DNA of 64,000 nt from a virus. Under the pieces are notes generated by a model. The model ran no database searches and had not been told where the DNA came from. It worked only from the letters and a program-made list of their open reading frames with translations. Below, one piece after another: positions 36,337-46,983 of this stretch (the first letter of the stretch is position 1; the number at the start of each line of letters is the position of its first letter). Where the stretch lies: positions 1 through 64,000 of IMG/VR virus record IMGVR_UViG_3300045988_069682; one strand, written 5' to 3'. The position numbers and the translations under genes were made by a program.

Positions 36337-37716
36337 TCACTCGTCAATGCCGTACAGGCAGAAATTGTTTATTCTGTGCGGCGATGTGCTGGTCACAATA
36401 ACCTGCATCGCCCGCAAAGAATTGTAAAAATGCTTCACTCTGCGTTTGGTTGTCAAACTGTAATCAAAGCCACGGTCGGCAACCTGTACGTGAATTTTGC
36501 CACTCTCATCGCCTTCTCTGCCCTCGACAAAAATATCAAAGTATCTGGTGATGATGCGGTTGGGGGTGATATACATTTTCGAGATAATTTTGCTGTGTAT
36601 CGGCTCTCCGTTGTCGGTAGTATACTCGTCATTCATGCGGCAGACACCCTTGTCGGTAGCCAGCATGATGCCGCTATCTGTCTGTGCAACGTCGTGAATA
36701 TCATCGTGGAAGGTGTATTTGTACGCTGCGCCAGTATCATACTGATATATATAAAAGGTCTTTTCATCCTTGGCATTAGGGCGTATCCAGAGTTGCTTCA
36801 TAGTCAACATGTTCCAGATTCTTGGCTTGTAGCACTCTTTTTGCAGCAACCTGTTTATCTTATACGCAACTTCGGTTGTATCGAAGTTGCCGTAAGTTGT
36901 TGTTGTCTGCAAGCTGCGGATGCCTAAATCCGTCGCAAACACAATGGTATTGCCCAGCAAAGCGAACGATTCCCTGTCGTCTTGTGCGTGGGTGTTGTTC
37001 AGAATCTGCTGGCTCTGTAAGTCTGGTACGGTGCCGCTTATCTGATAACCCAAATCATTGGTCTTGAATACAATCAAGTCACCGGAGAGAGGCAGCGTAG
37101 TGATAATGTCGCCACCGTCAAGCTCGCCTATGCCATACCATTGGGCTTGGCTCGCCACGTTAGTGTCCTCCTTCCATGCCTCGTCGGAAGTGCAGTCGCC
37201 AGTGCTGCTGTAATGGAAGTTGTCATCACCGCGTTTGGAAGTACCCAATCTGCTGTCGCGCACCCATAAATTGTCGCAAAGGAAACTGCCTTCAACGGTA
37301 GTCAAGTTGTTCTCGTAATCATAGTATTGTAGCTTATCACCGCTGCCTATGGTGACTTTGGCTCCGAACCGCTGGCAGACAGGGCGCTCTTCGCCTGTCA
37401 GTTTGCCAATCTGCTTCGGCGGTTCTTTGACATAGCCGTAATAAGCGTTGGCCGTTCCCTTTGCTGGTGCTTTGCCAAACAGCAGAAAGCCATCCGTGCT
37501 TTGGTCATACCAAATTTTATCCACTGGCTCACCAATGTCGATAAGAGGCTCGGAATAACCGCACCTTGTACGCAAAACGCCCTGCTCAAACATATAGTTT
37601 TCAAGCAGGACGGCTTCGTTTTCACCTATCATGTTGTCTGGAACAGAAGCGTTCATGCCGCCCACTAAACTGCTTAGGCAACACGATACACTCTGCGGTT
37701 CTCTTTCTATCGGCAT
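36337..37716 (-). CDS. hypothetical structural protein (459 aa; tail hub/nozzle candidate by position only)
   Basis: TAGGTGAG SD upstream. Beta-rich. Confidence 0.7.
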   Translation of the reverse strand: MPIEREPQSVSCCLSSLVGGMNASVPDNMIGENEAVLLENYMFEQGVLRTRCGYSEPLIDIGEPVDKIWYDQSTDGFLLFGKAPAKGTANAYYGYVKEPPKQIGKLTGEERPVCQRFGAKVTIGSGDKLQYYDYENNLTTVEGSFLCDNLWVRDSRLGTSKRGDDNFHYSSTGDCTSDEAWKEDTNVASQAQWYGIGELDGGDIITTLPLSGDLIVFKTNDLGYQISGTVPDLQSQQILNNTHAQDDRESFALLGNTIVFATDLGIRSLQTTTTYGNFDTTEVAYKINRLLQKECYKPRIWNMLTMKQLWIRPNAKDEKTFYIYQYDTGAAYKYTFHDDIHDVAQTDSGIMLATDKGVCRMNDEYTTDNGEPIHSKIISKMYITPNRIITRYFDIFVEGREGDESGKIHVQVADRGFDYSLTTKRRVKHFYNSLRAMQVIVTSTSPHRINNFCLYGIDE

Positions 37717-37724
37717 AATCTCAC

Positions 37725-38219
37725 CTACATTGTAATCTTCTCAATATCAGCCTTGTTCTGTGCCGCTTCTATTTTTTCTTTTGCTGCACGGTAGGCAGTA
37801 TGCAAAGCATTACTACGCACCGCAACAGCGGCGATAACCATGCGCAAGTCATTAGCTGTCACTTTAACATCTTGATTATCCGCCGTAGTCCAGTCAATGG
37901 ACGCATCCTCGCCTTGTAACGATAAGGCAATGATAGCTGCATTGATGCGGTCTCTCGCTTTGTCGTCATAGTCGAAGCTATGACCGCCATATTCAATCGG
38001 TTCAACCTCGGCAGTGTCACGCTGACGCTTTAACATCAAGATTTTACGCTGTTTTACGTTTTCAATAGGTTCTTCCTCATGCGTAACGGTTACGCCTAAT
38101 TCTGTTAAAGCCTCGTCACCGATTGACAGAGGGATGAAAATGCCGTCTTTGCCTAGTGCTTCTGAAAGTTCGTATAAGCTAGGGTAGGCCTCTGCTTTAT
38201 ATGTATAAGTTGTATTCAT
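37725..38219 (-). CDS. hypothetical structural-module protein (164 aa; start refined to MNTTYTYKAE)
   Basis: AGAGGTGATTTG upstream of the ATG at 38219. Confidence 0.6.
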   Translation of the reverse strand: MNTTYTYKAEAYPSLYELSEALGKDGIFIPLSIGDEALTELGVTVTHEEEPIENVKQRKILMLKRQRDTAEVEPIEYGGHSFDYDDKARDRINAAIIALSLQGEDASIDWTTADNQDVKVTANDLRMVIAAVAVRSNALHTAYRAAKEKIEAAQNKADIEKITM

Positions 38220-38229
38220 CAAATCACCT

Positions 38230-38664
38230 CTAGTTAAACACAATTTCGACTTTAAATTTCTTACCGACGTTGGCGGTAGTAAACATACTAGAGATACTGG
38301 ACGGCACACGTTGCACATAGGTGTAAAAGCCTGTTGCAGCACTTTGATATGATATTTTACCAACAGCAAGGGGTACGGTAACACCTGTTTCCATAGGCGT
38401 GATATTTAACGCAATATTACGACTACCACTCGTCACACCTTCCTCTTTAAAGGCAACGTCAAGCCAACCGCCGTAATAAGACAATATAACAAGAGTAACG
38501 GCTCTGCCATCGTGTGTAACATTGCCTGTAACTTCACCATAGTAACCACTGTTGGCATTATATCCATATTGACCACTTTTAGTTCCCATAGTCATAATGA
38601 ATACATTCTCATCAACATCACCGCCACCAGTGCGCTTTACCATAAATAAACGATTAAGTCCCAT
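38230..38664 (-). CDS. hypothetical structural-module protein (144 aa)
   Basis: AGAGGTGGTG SD upstream. Confidence 0.65.
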   Translation of the reverse strand: MGLNRLFMVKRTGGGDVDENVFIMTMGTKSGQYGYNANSGYYGEVTGNVTHDGRAVTLVILSYYGGWLDVAFKEEGVTSGSRNIALNITPMETGVTVPLAVGKISYQSAATGFYTYVQRVPSSISSMFTTANVGKKFKVEIVFN

Positions 38665-38676
38665 ATTACACCACCT

Positions 38677-39483
38677 CTACGATAACTTAGATGCTTGTAC
38701 GATGCTTGTTTTGTTACCACTATCATCTAATGTTATAAAGATATTAAGTAATAAACCTGCACTCGTAATCGCTAAATCAGATGAGTTACCAGTGTATTTT
38801 AGTGTGCCACCATTAGTTATAGTTAGAGGATAATCAGCATTAGCTTTGATATATGCAGTAAAGACTAATGATTGTCCTATGTTTAATAGAGATGAGAAGT
38901 TTGCTAAGTCTAAAGCGAAACTACCTGTTGCATTGTACACAGCCGTAACGCTAGAAGGTTTTACAGAATTTCCATTAGCGTAAGTAGTTTTATATTTTTC
39001 TACACCCAGCAAGGCTAAATTAAACGACTGCTGAGCCGTCCACACATTCTGTGTAGACGTGCTTACTCCACCACCACCGCTGATTGCAATAGTTACGTTA
39101 CCATTGCTGTCGGGTTTTGTACCATTAACACTTTTGACATAGCCGTCCAACGATTGATGCTGTGTCAAATAACCTGCATCGTTAGTAAATGCTGACACAT
39201 TACTCGGCACAATCGGTATTGTTGGCTTGTCGCTAAGGTCATTATAGCTGCCCGACGTTGCAACGTTAGCCAATCCAGTAATCATACTTGCCGGGTGCGT
39301 TAACGGATGCTCGTAAACCGTATCCGTAAATTTAGCGTTTTTAGGCACGGCTGTTTCCACTGTCAGTCCGTTTACCTTAGCGGCGTTTACTGCCGTGTCA
39401 TTTTTACCCAACTTCTCGACAAGCATTGCCTTGATTTTGCTGTAAAAATAAGCAAGGCCGTCTAAATCTACCAATTTTGCCAT
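38677..39483 (-). CDS. tail-fibre-like protein (268 aa)
   Basis: GGAGGTG lies 10 nt upstream of the ATG at 39483. Ser/Thr/Asn/Gly-rich, with beta-rich composition typical of fibre tips. Confidence 0.65.
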   Translation of the reverse strand: MAKLVDLDGLAYFYSKIKAMLVEKLGKNDTAVNAAKVNGLTVETAVPKNAKFTDTVYEHPLTHPASMITGLANVATSGSYNDLSDKPTIPIVPSNVSAFTNDAGYLTQHQSLDGYVKSVNGTKPDSNGNVTIAISGGGGVSTSTQNVWTAQQSFNLALLGVEKYKTTYANGNSVKPSSVTAVYNATGSFALDLANFSSLLNIGQSLVFTAYIKANADYPLTITNGGTLKYTGNSSDLAITSAGLLLNIFITLDDSGNKTSIVQASKLS

Positions 39484-39484
39484 A

Positions 39485-40153
39485 TCAAATATCACCTCCG
39501 TAGGCTATCAGGACAAAACCGCCTGTACCGTTCATACCGCCAGCACCGCCTACAGTTATAGCATAGCTTTGCCCAGCGGTAACGCTGACATACTGCGAGT
39601 CATAGCCGCCAGAGCCGCCATATTGTCCACCTCTGCCGTATGTACCCTTGTTTATGTCAAACGACATTAAAAAGCCGTCTGTTATGCTGTTGCCTTTAGA
39701 CGCATGACCATTAGGAGTGCCGCCGTCACCTTTGCTCCATGCCACGCCAGCTCCATAACCACCTGTTACAGTAACGCCGAACGCTGACGTATTGCCGCCG
39801 TCTTTGCCGTTGCCGCCTAAGCCACCTTTACCAGCTCCACCGCCACATACAGCGACACGCATACGAGATACGCCGCTAGGGACAGTAAACGTATAATCGC
39901 CAGCATCAGTCCAATATTTTTCGGTGTACGGCATGTTGACAGCCGCTGTGTGCTGTGTAGCGATTGCATACGTCACGCCGTTTATGCTGACACGTCCTGC
40001 TGTAGCGTTTGCATCAGTAACGTCTTTTAAAGCAACATAGCCGTTACCGACTCTTAACGCTTTGTCACCTGCTTCCGCAGCCGTAGAGTAAATATTGCAG
40101 GCAGCCGTTGAGCTGCCTTTTTTTATGTATAATTTCTGAGATAAAATACTCAT
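39485..40153 (-). CDS. glycine-rich fibre-associated protein (222 aa)
   Basis: CGGGAGKGGLGGNGKDGG...GGQYGGSGGYDS...GGAGGMNGTGG. Confidence 0.7.
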   Translation of the reverse strand: MSILSQKLYIKKGSSTAACNIYSTAAEAGDKALRVGNGYVALKDVTDANATAGRVSINGVTYAIATQHTAAVNMPYTEKYWTDAGDYTFTVPSGVSRMRVAVCGGGAGKGGLGGNGKDGGNTSAFGVTVTGGYGAGVAWSKGDGGTPNGHASKGNSITDGFLMSFDINKGTYGRGGQYGGSGGYDSQYVSVTAGQSYAITVGGAGGMNGTGGFVLIAYGGDI

Positions 40154-42070
40154 TTAAGCCACCCAAATTGTGCCACCGGGAATGTTCAATGTGTCGGTTA
40201 CAGTAAGCGTTTTTACTGTAACGCTATCGCCGCTGGGGATTGTGCCTGTACCTGCTAATGCAAGCGCATTGTCAATCTCGCTGTTCGTAGCAACCTCTAC
40301 ATTAACAGTGTTTCCTGTACCCTGTTCACCTTTGTCACCTTTCGCACCTTGCGGAATGGTGAAATCAAGCACCGCCGCCGATGCAGTACCGCTGTTGGTA
40401 ACTGTTGCCGCTGTTCCTGCCGCACCCGTGGTAACAGTGCCGACTTTGATTGTAGCTGCCGTACCCGCTGCACCTGTTGCACCTTGGATACCCTGTGGGC
40501 CTTGAATGCCTTGCAAACCTTGTTCGCCCTGTTGGCCTTGGTCGCCTTTGTCGCCTTTGGGAATTACGAAATTCAAGATGACCTCTGATGCTGTGCCGCT
40601 ATTGGTAACAGATACTGCCGAACCAGCATTGCCTGTGCTGACAGTACCCACCTTGATTGTGGCGGCTGTGCCAACTGCACCCGTCGCGCCCGTCGCACCC
40701 TGTAAACCTTGCGGCCCTCTTTCGCCTGTATCGCCTTTAGGGCCAGTATCGCCCTTTGGGCCTTTCAGTGCGGCTAACTGCTCCTGCGTGAAGTCGGCAT
40801 AAGTGAAAGCATCGCCCTTCTCACCTTTAGCTCCTTGTGGGCCTGTTGCACCTCTTTCGCCTGTCGCACCCTTCTCACCTTGGATGCCACGTAAGCCTTG
40901 TGGGCCTGTGTCACCTTTATCACCCTTCGGGCCTTGGATGTTGCCGCAGTCAATCCATTCTGTGCCAGACCACGCATAGAGGTTAACGCCAACCATATAT
41001 GCGTCACCTTCGTTGCCTTTAGGATGTGCAGCAATTAAAGCGGACAACGAATCATATCTGCCTTTGATTGTAACGCCTGTACCCTGTTCGCCTTTATCAC
41101 CCTTCGGGCCTTGCGGGCCTGTTGCGCCCTGCGGGCCTCTCTCGCCTTGCGGGCCTGTCGCTCCTGTTGCGCCTTGCAAACCACGCAGACCACGTTCGCC
41201 TTGTGGGCCTTGTAAACCTGTGTCACCTTTAGGCCCTTGCTCGCCTCGTGGGCCTTGCAAACCAGTATCGCCTTTAGGCCCTTTTAAAGCAGCAAGCTGT
41301 GCCGCAGTGAAGTCGGTGTATTTGAAAGCATCGCCCTTCTCACCTTTCTCGCCACGCAGACCTTGCAAGCCTTGCGGCCCTTGCTCGCCACGTTCACCTC
41401 TGGCACCAGTTGCACCTGCCTCGCCTTTAGCACCCTGTTCGCCCTTTTCGCCACGCTCGCCTTTGACATTTACCGGGGCAGGATTTGCAAGACCTGCTTT
41501 GTTCGTCCATGTCATTACGCCGTCAGCATCTACGGACGGGATAAAGACATTTACAGACTCGCTATACTCTTTAGCCTTATCAGCATACCCCTTGGCGTTT
41601 TTCTCGCTCACAGCGGCGTTCTGTGCGCTCTCAACAGCCTTGTCTACTTCTACGCCTGCGTTCTCTACCTTGTCTGCGTACTCTTTTACCTTTGCCAACG
41701 TGTCGACAAGAAATGTGTTAGTCAGTCTTGTTTCTGAGCCTGTTGGGTTTTCTTCAAACTCGTTGCTACTGACCCGCACCGCCTTATCACTCGTTGTTGC
41801 GATAACCTCGCCTTCGTTTGCCTTGCCTACTACTGTAAGTTGAAACTGTCCTTGCGTTCTCGCGCACTCATAAGGCACGATGCACTTGCCGTCTACGATT
41901 GCAACTTCGTATGTCTTGTTGTCCCTCGCAAACAACGCCCATTTGTCGATGTTGTTCCAATCGTCGGAGAACGTGAACAACAACTGTACAAAGTTCTTGC
42001 TTCCCTCTGTTACATATGCGTCTGACGTTCTTGTAAGCCGCATACCGTCAATTTCAAATTCTATCTGCAT
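40154..42070 (-). CDS. collagen-like (G-X-Y) repeat tail fibre protein (638 aa)
   Basis: Six G-X-Y blocks (for example [44 protein letters not shown]) separated by duplicated non-collagen segments. Confidence 0.88.
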   Translation of the reverse strand: MQIEFEIDGMRLTRTSDAYVTEGSKNFVQLLFTFSDDWNNIDKWALFARDNKTYEVAIVDGKCIVPYECARTQGQFQLTVVGKANEGEVIATTSDKAVRVSSNEFEENPTGSETRLTNTFLVDTLAKVKEYADKVENAGVEVDKAVESAQNAAVSEKNAKGYADKAKEYSESVNVFIPSVDADGVMTWTNKAGLANPAPVNVKGERGEKGEQGAKGEAGATGARGERGEQGPQGLQGLRGEKGEKGDAFKYTDFTAAQLAALKGPKGDTGLQGPRGEQGPKGDTGLQGPQGERGLRGLQGATGATGPQGERGPQGATGPQGPKGDKGEQGTGVTIKGRYDSLSALIAAHPKGNEGDAYMVGVNLYAWSGTEWIDCGNIQGPKGDKGDTGPQGLRGIQGEKGATGERGATGPQGAKGEKGDAFTYADFTQEQLAALKGPKGDTGPKGDTGERGPQGLQGATGATGAVGTAATIKVGTVSTGNAGSAVSVTNSGTASEVILNFVIPKGDKGDQGQQGEQGLQGIQGPQGIQGATGAAGTAATIKVGTVTTGAAGTAATVTNSGTASAAVLDFTIPQGAKGDKGEQGTGNTVNVEVATNSEIDNALALAGTGTIPSGDSVTVKTLTVTDTLNIPGGTIWVA

Positions 42071-42084
42071 TGTTTCACCTCGCT

Positions 42085-42891
42085 TTAACAAATAGTCCCT
42101 ATTAACCAGCCGTAATTATACCAAGCGTCAAATTCGTAAAACCCTCCGTACTCTGGCCCTCCGTTATCTGGATACGTCCATTCCCCTGTATCTGGGTTAT
42201 ATTCTGGAGCTTGACTGTCGCCTGTCCAAAATGTGTTGAAAAATCTAGGCACAATACTTACTACTTGATTTTTTAAAATATATGTTGGCCTTTTATGGCT
42301 TTCTACGCCTTGCGGTGATATATGAGCGGCTTGTTGGTAAAGCTCATAGTAATAATCTTCTCCTAAATTGCACGCAATTATTGGCTTTTCGCTCGCAGTA
42401 GAAATGTTATCTTTTTCTTCGCTTCCACATTTCAAGACGTTTATATAGGGCCGTTCAGAAGAAAAGACTATTTCGTTCTTATCGTTTATTATTTCAAGCC
42501 CAGTGCCGTGTTCGCTAGGTGTTCTCGTGGCATGGTTAAAGATATACAGTGTCGACGTTGCTATAATATCATCTCTTTCGATAGCAACTATGCCAACTTG
42601 TGCTACTGCACTTCCGTCACCAAAAAAACGAATAGTGTTTCCGATAGCTAAATAGGAAAACGGCACTTCGCTAGTTATTCCATTTAAACTTATCCCAACC
42701 AACGCATTGTCCGGTATCGAATGGCCAGTTGGAAATTCATAATAATAATTGTGCCATCCCGCCGTGTTACCAGACATATCTTTCTTCTTGCACTGTGATA
42801 ACGGAAAACTGTCAACTACTTCCATGCAAGCAAATTTATCGTCGATAACGACTCTTTTATCATCGCCTATAACTTCAAGATAAGTGCTCAT
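42085..42891 (-). CDS. hypothetical fibre-module protein (268 aa; start refined to MSTYLEV)
   Basis: The ATG overlaps the upstream stop. Confidence 0.65.
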   Translation of the reverse strand: MSTYLEVIGDDKRVVIDDKFACMEVVDSFPLSQCKKKDMSGNTAGWHNYYYEFPTGHSIPDNALVGISLNGITSEVPFSYLAIGNTIRFFGDGSAVAQVGIVAIERDDIIATSTLYIFNHATRTPSEHGTGLEIINDKNEIVFSSERPYINVLKCGSEEKDNISTASEKPIIACNLGEDYYYELYQQAAHISPQGVESHKRPTYILKNQVVSIVPRFFNTFWTGDSQAPEYNPDTGEWTYPDNGGPEYGGFYEFDAWYNYGWLIGTIC

Positions 42892-43175
42892 ATTATTCCA
42901 TACCTTATCTTTGTGCCAAGTTGATTTTTCCAAAATATCCTATACCCGGTATCATCTATGCGCAAAATAGGATATGCGTCATTACTAGGTTTGTATACTG
43001 GAGATACGTTGCTGAGAATTATGTACCACAGCTTATTGTTAGGATAGCCTATGCCAGCACTTGTGATTTCTCCGCTACCTTGCAGAGTAGCTTGTCCTAA
43101 TGTCCTTGTGATATTGCTGTTAGTATCTAACTTTACGCTTCCGTCTGCATTGTTTATTACTAAACCTTGAGCCAT
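42888..43175 (-). CDS. hypothetical fibre-module protein (95 aa)
   Basis: TGATG coupling to the fibre gene stop. Confidence 0.6.
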   Translation of the reverse strand: MAQGLVINNADGSVKLDTNSNITRTLGQATLQGSGEITSAGIGYPNNKLWYIILSNVSPVYKPSNDAYPILRIDDTGYRIFWKNQLGTKIRYGII

Positions 43176-45559
43176 CACCACACCCCCATTTTTACGCGCA
43201 GTACATTATTTTCGTCATATATGCGTATCAAATTATCTTTGAGTTCCATTCTTGCTCCTGTATCGGCAGTTTTCAATTCGCCAATCCTAGCAGTTATCGC
43301 AGATAACGTGTTAACGTCAATCTTATCAGCCGTCACAGCTCCTGCTTGAATTTGGAAAGAAGTGACTGCATTAGAATCAATCTTACTAGAAGTTATCGTG
43401 TTCGCCGCTATCTTGTCACCGATAACGCTTCCTGCCTGTATAGCGTCAGAAGTTACACTGTCAGCGGCTAACTTCTCTGCGGTAATAGCTCCTGCTTCGA
43501 TTTTGTCAGCGGTTACTGCTCCTGCGGCAATTTTAGTCGACGTGATAGCATTGGCCTGTATCTTTGCAGACGATACGGAGTTAGCCTTTAAGTGCTCCAG
43601 TGCGATACTTTCGGCAGCTATCATGCCGCCTACGATAACATTTTTGTCAAACACTGTATCGCCTGTGATATGCACTTTGTTGCCGTCGATTACAATACCT
43701 TCCGTTGATACGTTGATAGCATTGATAACGCCGTCTTTCTTGACGCAAAGCAGAATATCATCTTGCAGTTGGTTGATAGATGAGTAATTGCAGTCGGCAG
43801 GTTTTTTGTTCAGTTCCGTAACCACGCTTGTAATACTGTTAGCGTTCTGTACGATTGCTGAGCCTTGCTTATCAATCGTTGCACCTTGCTTATCAACCTT
43901 TGTAACGATGCTGGTAATATTGTCAGCGTTGGCTTGGATAGATGCCTTGTTTCCTTTCACGTCCTCTACAATAGCGGTAATACTCTTGGCGTTCTGCTCT
44001 ATGGCAGAAGCGTTGCCTTTAACGTCCATAGCGATTGTAGATATGCTGTTGGCGTTCTGTTGAATAGCCGTGCCGTGGGTTTTTAAAGTACCCTCTGCAT
44101 CGTCTACACGCTTAACCACGCTTGTAATAGAGTCGGCGTTCTGCTGAATAGAAGAAGTGTTAGTGCTGATTGTACCCTCGTTGACTGTTACTCTTTTGGC
44201 TAGTGCCGTAATATCAGCAGCGGTCTGCACGATAGCAGTACCCTGTGTGGTTACTGTACCCTCTATGCCCTCCACTTTCTCATTCAAGCCGTTTACTTTA
44301 GTCATAACGCTTGAAATACTGTCAGCGTTTTGATGTATGCCGTTGGCGTTAGCGTCAATCAGCTTGTTAGCCTCGTTGATAGCCGTGGTATTATCAGTAA
44401 TCAGCTTTTTCAGTGCATCGTTGATGCTAGGCTGATTGTTAGCCTTGTCGATAGCATCCTGCGTAAATTTATCAAACTTGGTATAGTCAATAGTCGGCAC
44501 TTGCCCTATATCAATGCCAGCCTTGCAGTCCGCTTCGCTCGTATCGCTCCATTCGCCGTCACCCAATGGGTCGACAAAGCAATACTTAACAGTGATATGC
44601 CCGATGAAGAAGAAGTAGATATACTCGCTGTTGACAGTATAGAAATCATCCTCAACGGTTTCTTTGCTATCCTTAGTCTTGATGTGAATCTTGTAGCCTG
44701 TTGCGCCCAGCGGTAAGCCTTGCATTTTGATACGAACGCCGTCAATCGTGCTTGTTAACTGCGGGGCAGTCGGCTTTTGCGGCAATGCTTTACTGAACTC
44801 ATGGACTGCGGGTTCGCTATACTCACCGAAGATGTTACGGATATACAGATATGCCGTACCGCTTCTGACACCGGGATTGGCTCTGCTCCACGTTTCTCGT
44901 GTGCTGTCTAATCTCTTGTCATTCCAGACACCGGGGTTCTGGTCTAAACGCAGCTCAAAGAAATCTATGTATTCGTTAGGCTCAAACTGCCACTTCCATA
45001 ACGGGCCTTTCTCGTCCCACGTCAGTACAAACTGTGTCGGCGGGTTAGGGATATACTGACTGCCTTGGATTTTGATGCTGGCTTGCGGAGCTGTGTCAAA
45101 GTCGGCTGTGTTGCCCTTGGTGTTTACCGCTACTACTTTGATATAGTACGTCAAGCCTGTTGTAGCGCCGCTATAAACAAACTGTGTGCCGCTGCTCTCT
45201 CCTGCCTTCTCCCACGCCTTGTCCGTAGCCGTTCTGAACCACACCTCGGCTTTAGCATAGTTGGTTACAGTAGTCTTTACCCACGACACCTGTATAGAGT
45301 TGATGCGAACGCCGTCAGTTATCGAATGTAGCTCTAATAACTGTACACTGCTGACGTGTCCGGGTTTTTCGCCTGTTCCGGATGTGCTGTCGTCAATCTT
45401 TTTGTTCGTCAGCAAGCCAGATTTAACGAGATAGTTTTTCAACGCAGCTACAAAAACCTTGCCGTCGCCGCTGACGTTGTTGGGGATATTGGTCAATATT
45501 TGTTTTATTTGCGCCTCGTCAAGCGCGTTGTTGTTTTCTTTATCAGCCATATCCTTCAC
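43175..45559 (-). CDS. tail fibre/host-specificity protein (794 aa)
   Basis: Repeated QNADSI(S/T)SVV-type coiled-coil heptads and C-terminal (A)GA(I/V)T(A/S)xKI repeats, as seen in Firmicutes phage fibre and host-specificity proteins. Confidence 0.75.
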   Translation of the reverse strand: MKDMADKENNNALDEAQIKQILTNIPNNVSGDGKVFVAALKNYLVKSGLLTNKKIDDSTSGTGEKPGHVSSVQLLELHSITDGVRINSIQVSWVKTTVTNYAKAEVWFRTATDKAWEKAGESSGTQFVYSGATTGLTYYIKVVAVNTKGNTADFDTAPQASIKIQGSQYIPNPPTQFVLTWDEKGPLWKWQFEPNEYIDFFELRLDQNPGVWNDKRLDSTRETWSRANPGVRSGTAYLYIRNIFGEYSEPAVHEFSKALPQKPTAPQLTSTIDGVRIKMQGLPLGATGYKIHIKTKDSKETVEDDFYTVNSEYIYFFFIGHITVKYCFVDPLGDGEWSDTSEADCKAGIDIGQVPTIDYTKFDKFTQDAIDKANNQPSINDALKKLITDNTTAINEANKLIDANANGIHQNADSISSVMTKVNGLNEKVEGIEGTVTTQGTAIVQTAADITALAKRVTVNEGTISTNTSSIQQNADSITSVVKRVDDAEGTLKTHGTAIQQNANSISTIAMDVKGNASAIEQNAKSITAIVEDVKGNKASIQANADNITSIVTKVDKQGATIDKQGSAIVQNANSITSVVTELNKKPADCNYSSINQLQDDILLCVKKDGVINAINVSTEGIVIDGNKVHITGDTVFDKNVIVGGMIAAESIALEHLKANSVSSAKIQANAITSTKIAAGAVTADKIEAGAITAEKLAADSVTSDAIQAGSVIGDKIAANTITSSKIDSNAVTSFQIQAGAVTADKIDVNTLSAITARIGELKTADTGARMELKDNLIRIYDENNVLRVKMGVW

Positions 45560-45567
45560 CGCCTAAA

Positions 45568-46053
45568 CTACGCTCTCGCACTGTATGCTGATTCTATAAT
45601 ATCCATCAAAGAACTGTTCAAACCTTGGTCTTGAGACACATTCAGTCGCTGCTGATTCATAAGCAGAATCACAGTCAAAGTTACAATGACGTTGTTTGTT
45701 ACTGTGTCGTCGTAAGGCATTTCTTCGTTCTCTGCACCCGTAATATTGGGTGCTTTATAAAAATACTTCATGGTGTAATCTTTGACATTGGTATCGAGAA
45801 ACTTGATTGTTTTGCCAGTAATCTTGATGGGTAAAATGCCACACGCCTTAATATAATCATTTGGCAACGTATCGCCGTTTCTGATTACAACGTCCTTGAT
45901 GGCAATAGGATTGCCAGAACCAACAAAGTAAAGTCCGATGTAGTTTATGGCTTGGTTGATGTAGCTGACAATCTCGTCATCGTCGAAATCACCAACACCT
46001 TCTTTATCGTTAATGCGATTGCGAATATCTTGAATAATTGCTTTAACTAACAT
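45568..46053 (-). CDS. head-tail adaptor/connector-like protein (161 aa)
   Basis: N-terminal ...DFDDDEIVSYINQAINYIG pattern, paralogous to 46065-46634. Lies after the capsid gene. Confidence 0.55.
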   Translation of the reverse strand: MLVKAIIQDIRNRINDKEGVGDFDDDEIVSYINQAINYIGLYFVGSGNPIAIKDVVIRNGDTLPNDYIKACGILPIKITGKTIKFLDTNVKDYTMKYFYKAPNITGAENEEMPYDDTVTNNVIVTLTVILLMNQQRLNVSQDQGLNSSLMDIIESAYSARA

Positions 46054-46064
46054 GCTTCCTCCTT

Positions 46065-46634
46065 CTATACCATAAACGGCATCTTGATGCGAGCATGAGA
46101 ATAGCGACGCATCGGCACGATATTCTGAATCGCTTCCTCGATGCCGCTCAGCATTTCTTCGTTGCTGTTGCTTAACGCAGCAAAAGCAAAGTTGCGCACC
46201 AATGATTCAAAAACAAGCGGCAAATCAATTTCATCGTTAGCGCTCTCCACTTCTTCGAGGCGCTTGCGATAATGCACCGTAAAATCTGGTACGCCACTGT
46301 AAATCTTGCTCCCGACGATTTTGTACTCATCAAACTTTGGGGTTTCGGTGGATGGTACTACCGCAAGCGGTCTGCCGCATTGCAAGTCGTTCATACCTAC
46401 CAGTGTCACAAAATCATATGGTAAGGTTGCACCCTTCTGCATCTGCTCCGAGGTAAGGTGATACTCTTTGACCTTTTCCAGAAAATCGCTGTTGCGTAAA
46501 GCATAAGACGCATTTAAATATTCGATAACATCGTTTATAGCATTGATAATCTGATAATCACTATATTTAATTTCGTCAAAGTCCATAGCCTTTAGACGGA
46601 TTTTACGGATTAGTTTGGAAACCTCGATTGCCAT
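46065..46634 (-). CDS. head-tail adaptor/connector-like protein (189 aa)
   Basis: N-terminal ...DFDEIKYSDYQIINAINDVIEYLN pattern. Confidence 0.55.
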   Translation of the reverse strand: MAIEVSKLIRKIRLKAMDFDEIKYSDYQIINAINDVIEYLNASYALRNSDFLEKVKEYHLTSEQMQKGATLPYDFVTLVGMNDLQCGRPLAVVPSTETPKFDEYKIVGSKIYSGVPDFTVHYRKRLEEVESANDEIDLPLVFESLVRNFAFAALSNSNEEMLSGIEEAIQNIVPMRRYSHARIKMPFMV

Positions 46635-46645
46635 GTTGCTTCACC

Positions 46646-46960
46646 TCAAAAATATTTCTTTGGAATCAACGGAGCATACTCGCGATGCACCTCAAAAAAC
46701 TTCTGCACATACTTCGTGTACTCGCCGTTATCTCCGGCAGCCAAAGCTCTTTTAGCGGTAACAAGCCACGGGTCGTAGTTCCACATTTCGGGTGGGATGT
46801 AACCCATAACCCTGACCTCAAAACCGTCCTTGCCTACCGCTCTGCCGCCGCCTTCGCGTTCGGTCATGCGGGCTACCTCGGCGGCAACACTATGGTCAAA
46901 TTTGTTGACAACGTGAATTTTCTTTTCGCCGTCAATATATACTTTCTGGTCTACTAACAT
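46646..46960 (-). CDS. hypothetical head-module protein (104 aa)
   Basis: ACGGAGGGCGAAACA upstream. The SD follows directly after the tRNA 3' end. Confidence 0.65.
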   Translation of the reverse strand: MLVDQKVYIDGEKKIHVVNKFDHSVAAEVARMTEREGGGRAVGKDGFEVRVMGYIPPEMWNYDPWLVTAKRALAAGDNGEYTKYVQKFFEVHREYAPLIPKKYF

Positions 46961-46983
46961 TGTTTCGCCCTCCGTGTTTTAGT

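Noticed and set aside
41013-41843. 276-aa Pro-rich plus-strand ORF
   Set aside because: It is the antisense shadow of the G-X-Y collagen repeats (GGN codons read as NCC = Pro/Ala/Ser). There is no SD.
40154-45559. A diversity-generating retroelement acting on the fibre genes
   Set aside because: No reverse transcriptase ORF is present in the window. The internal fibre repeats differ at all base types rather than specifically at adenines.
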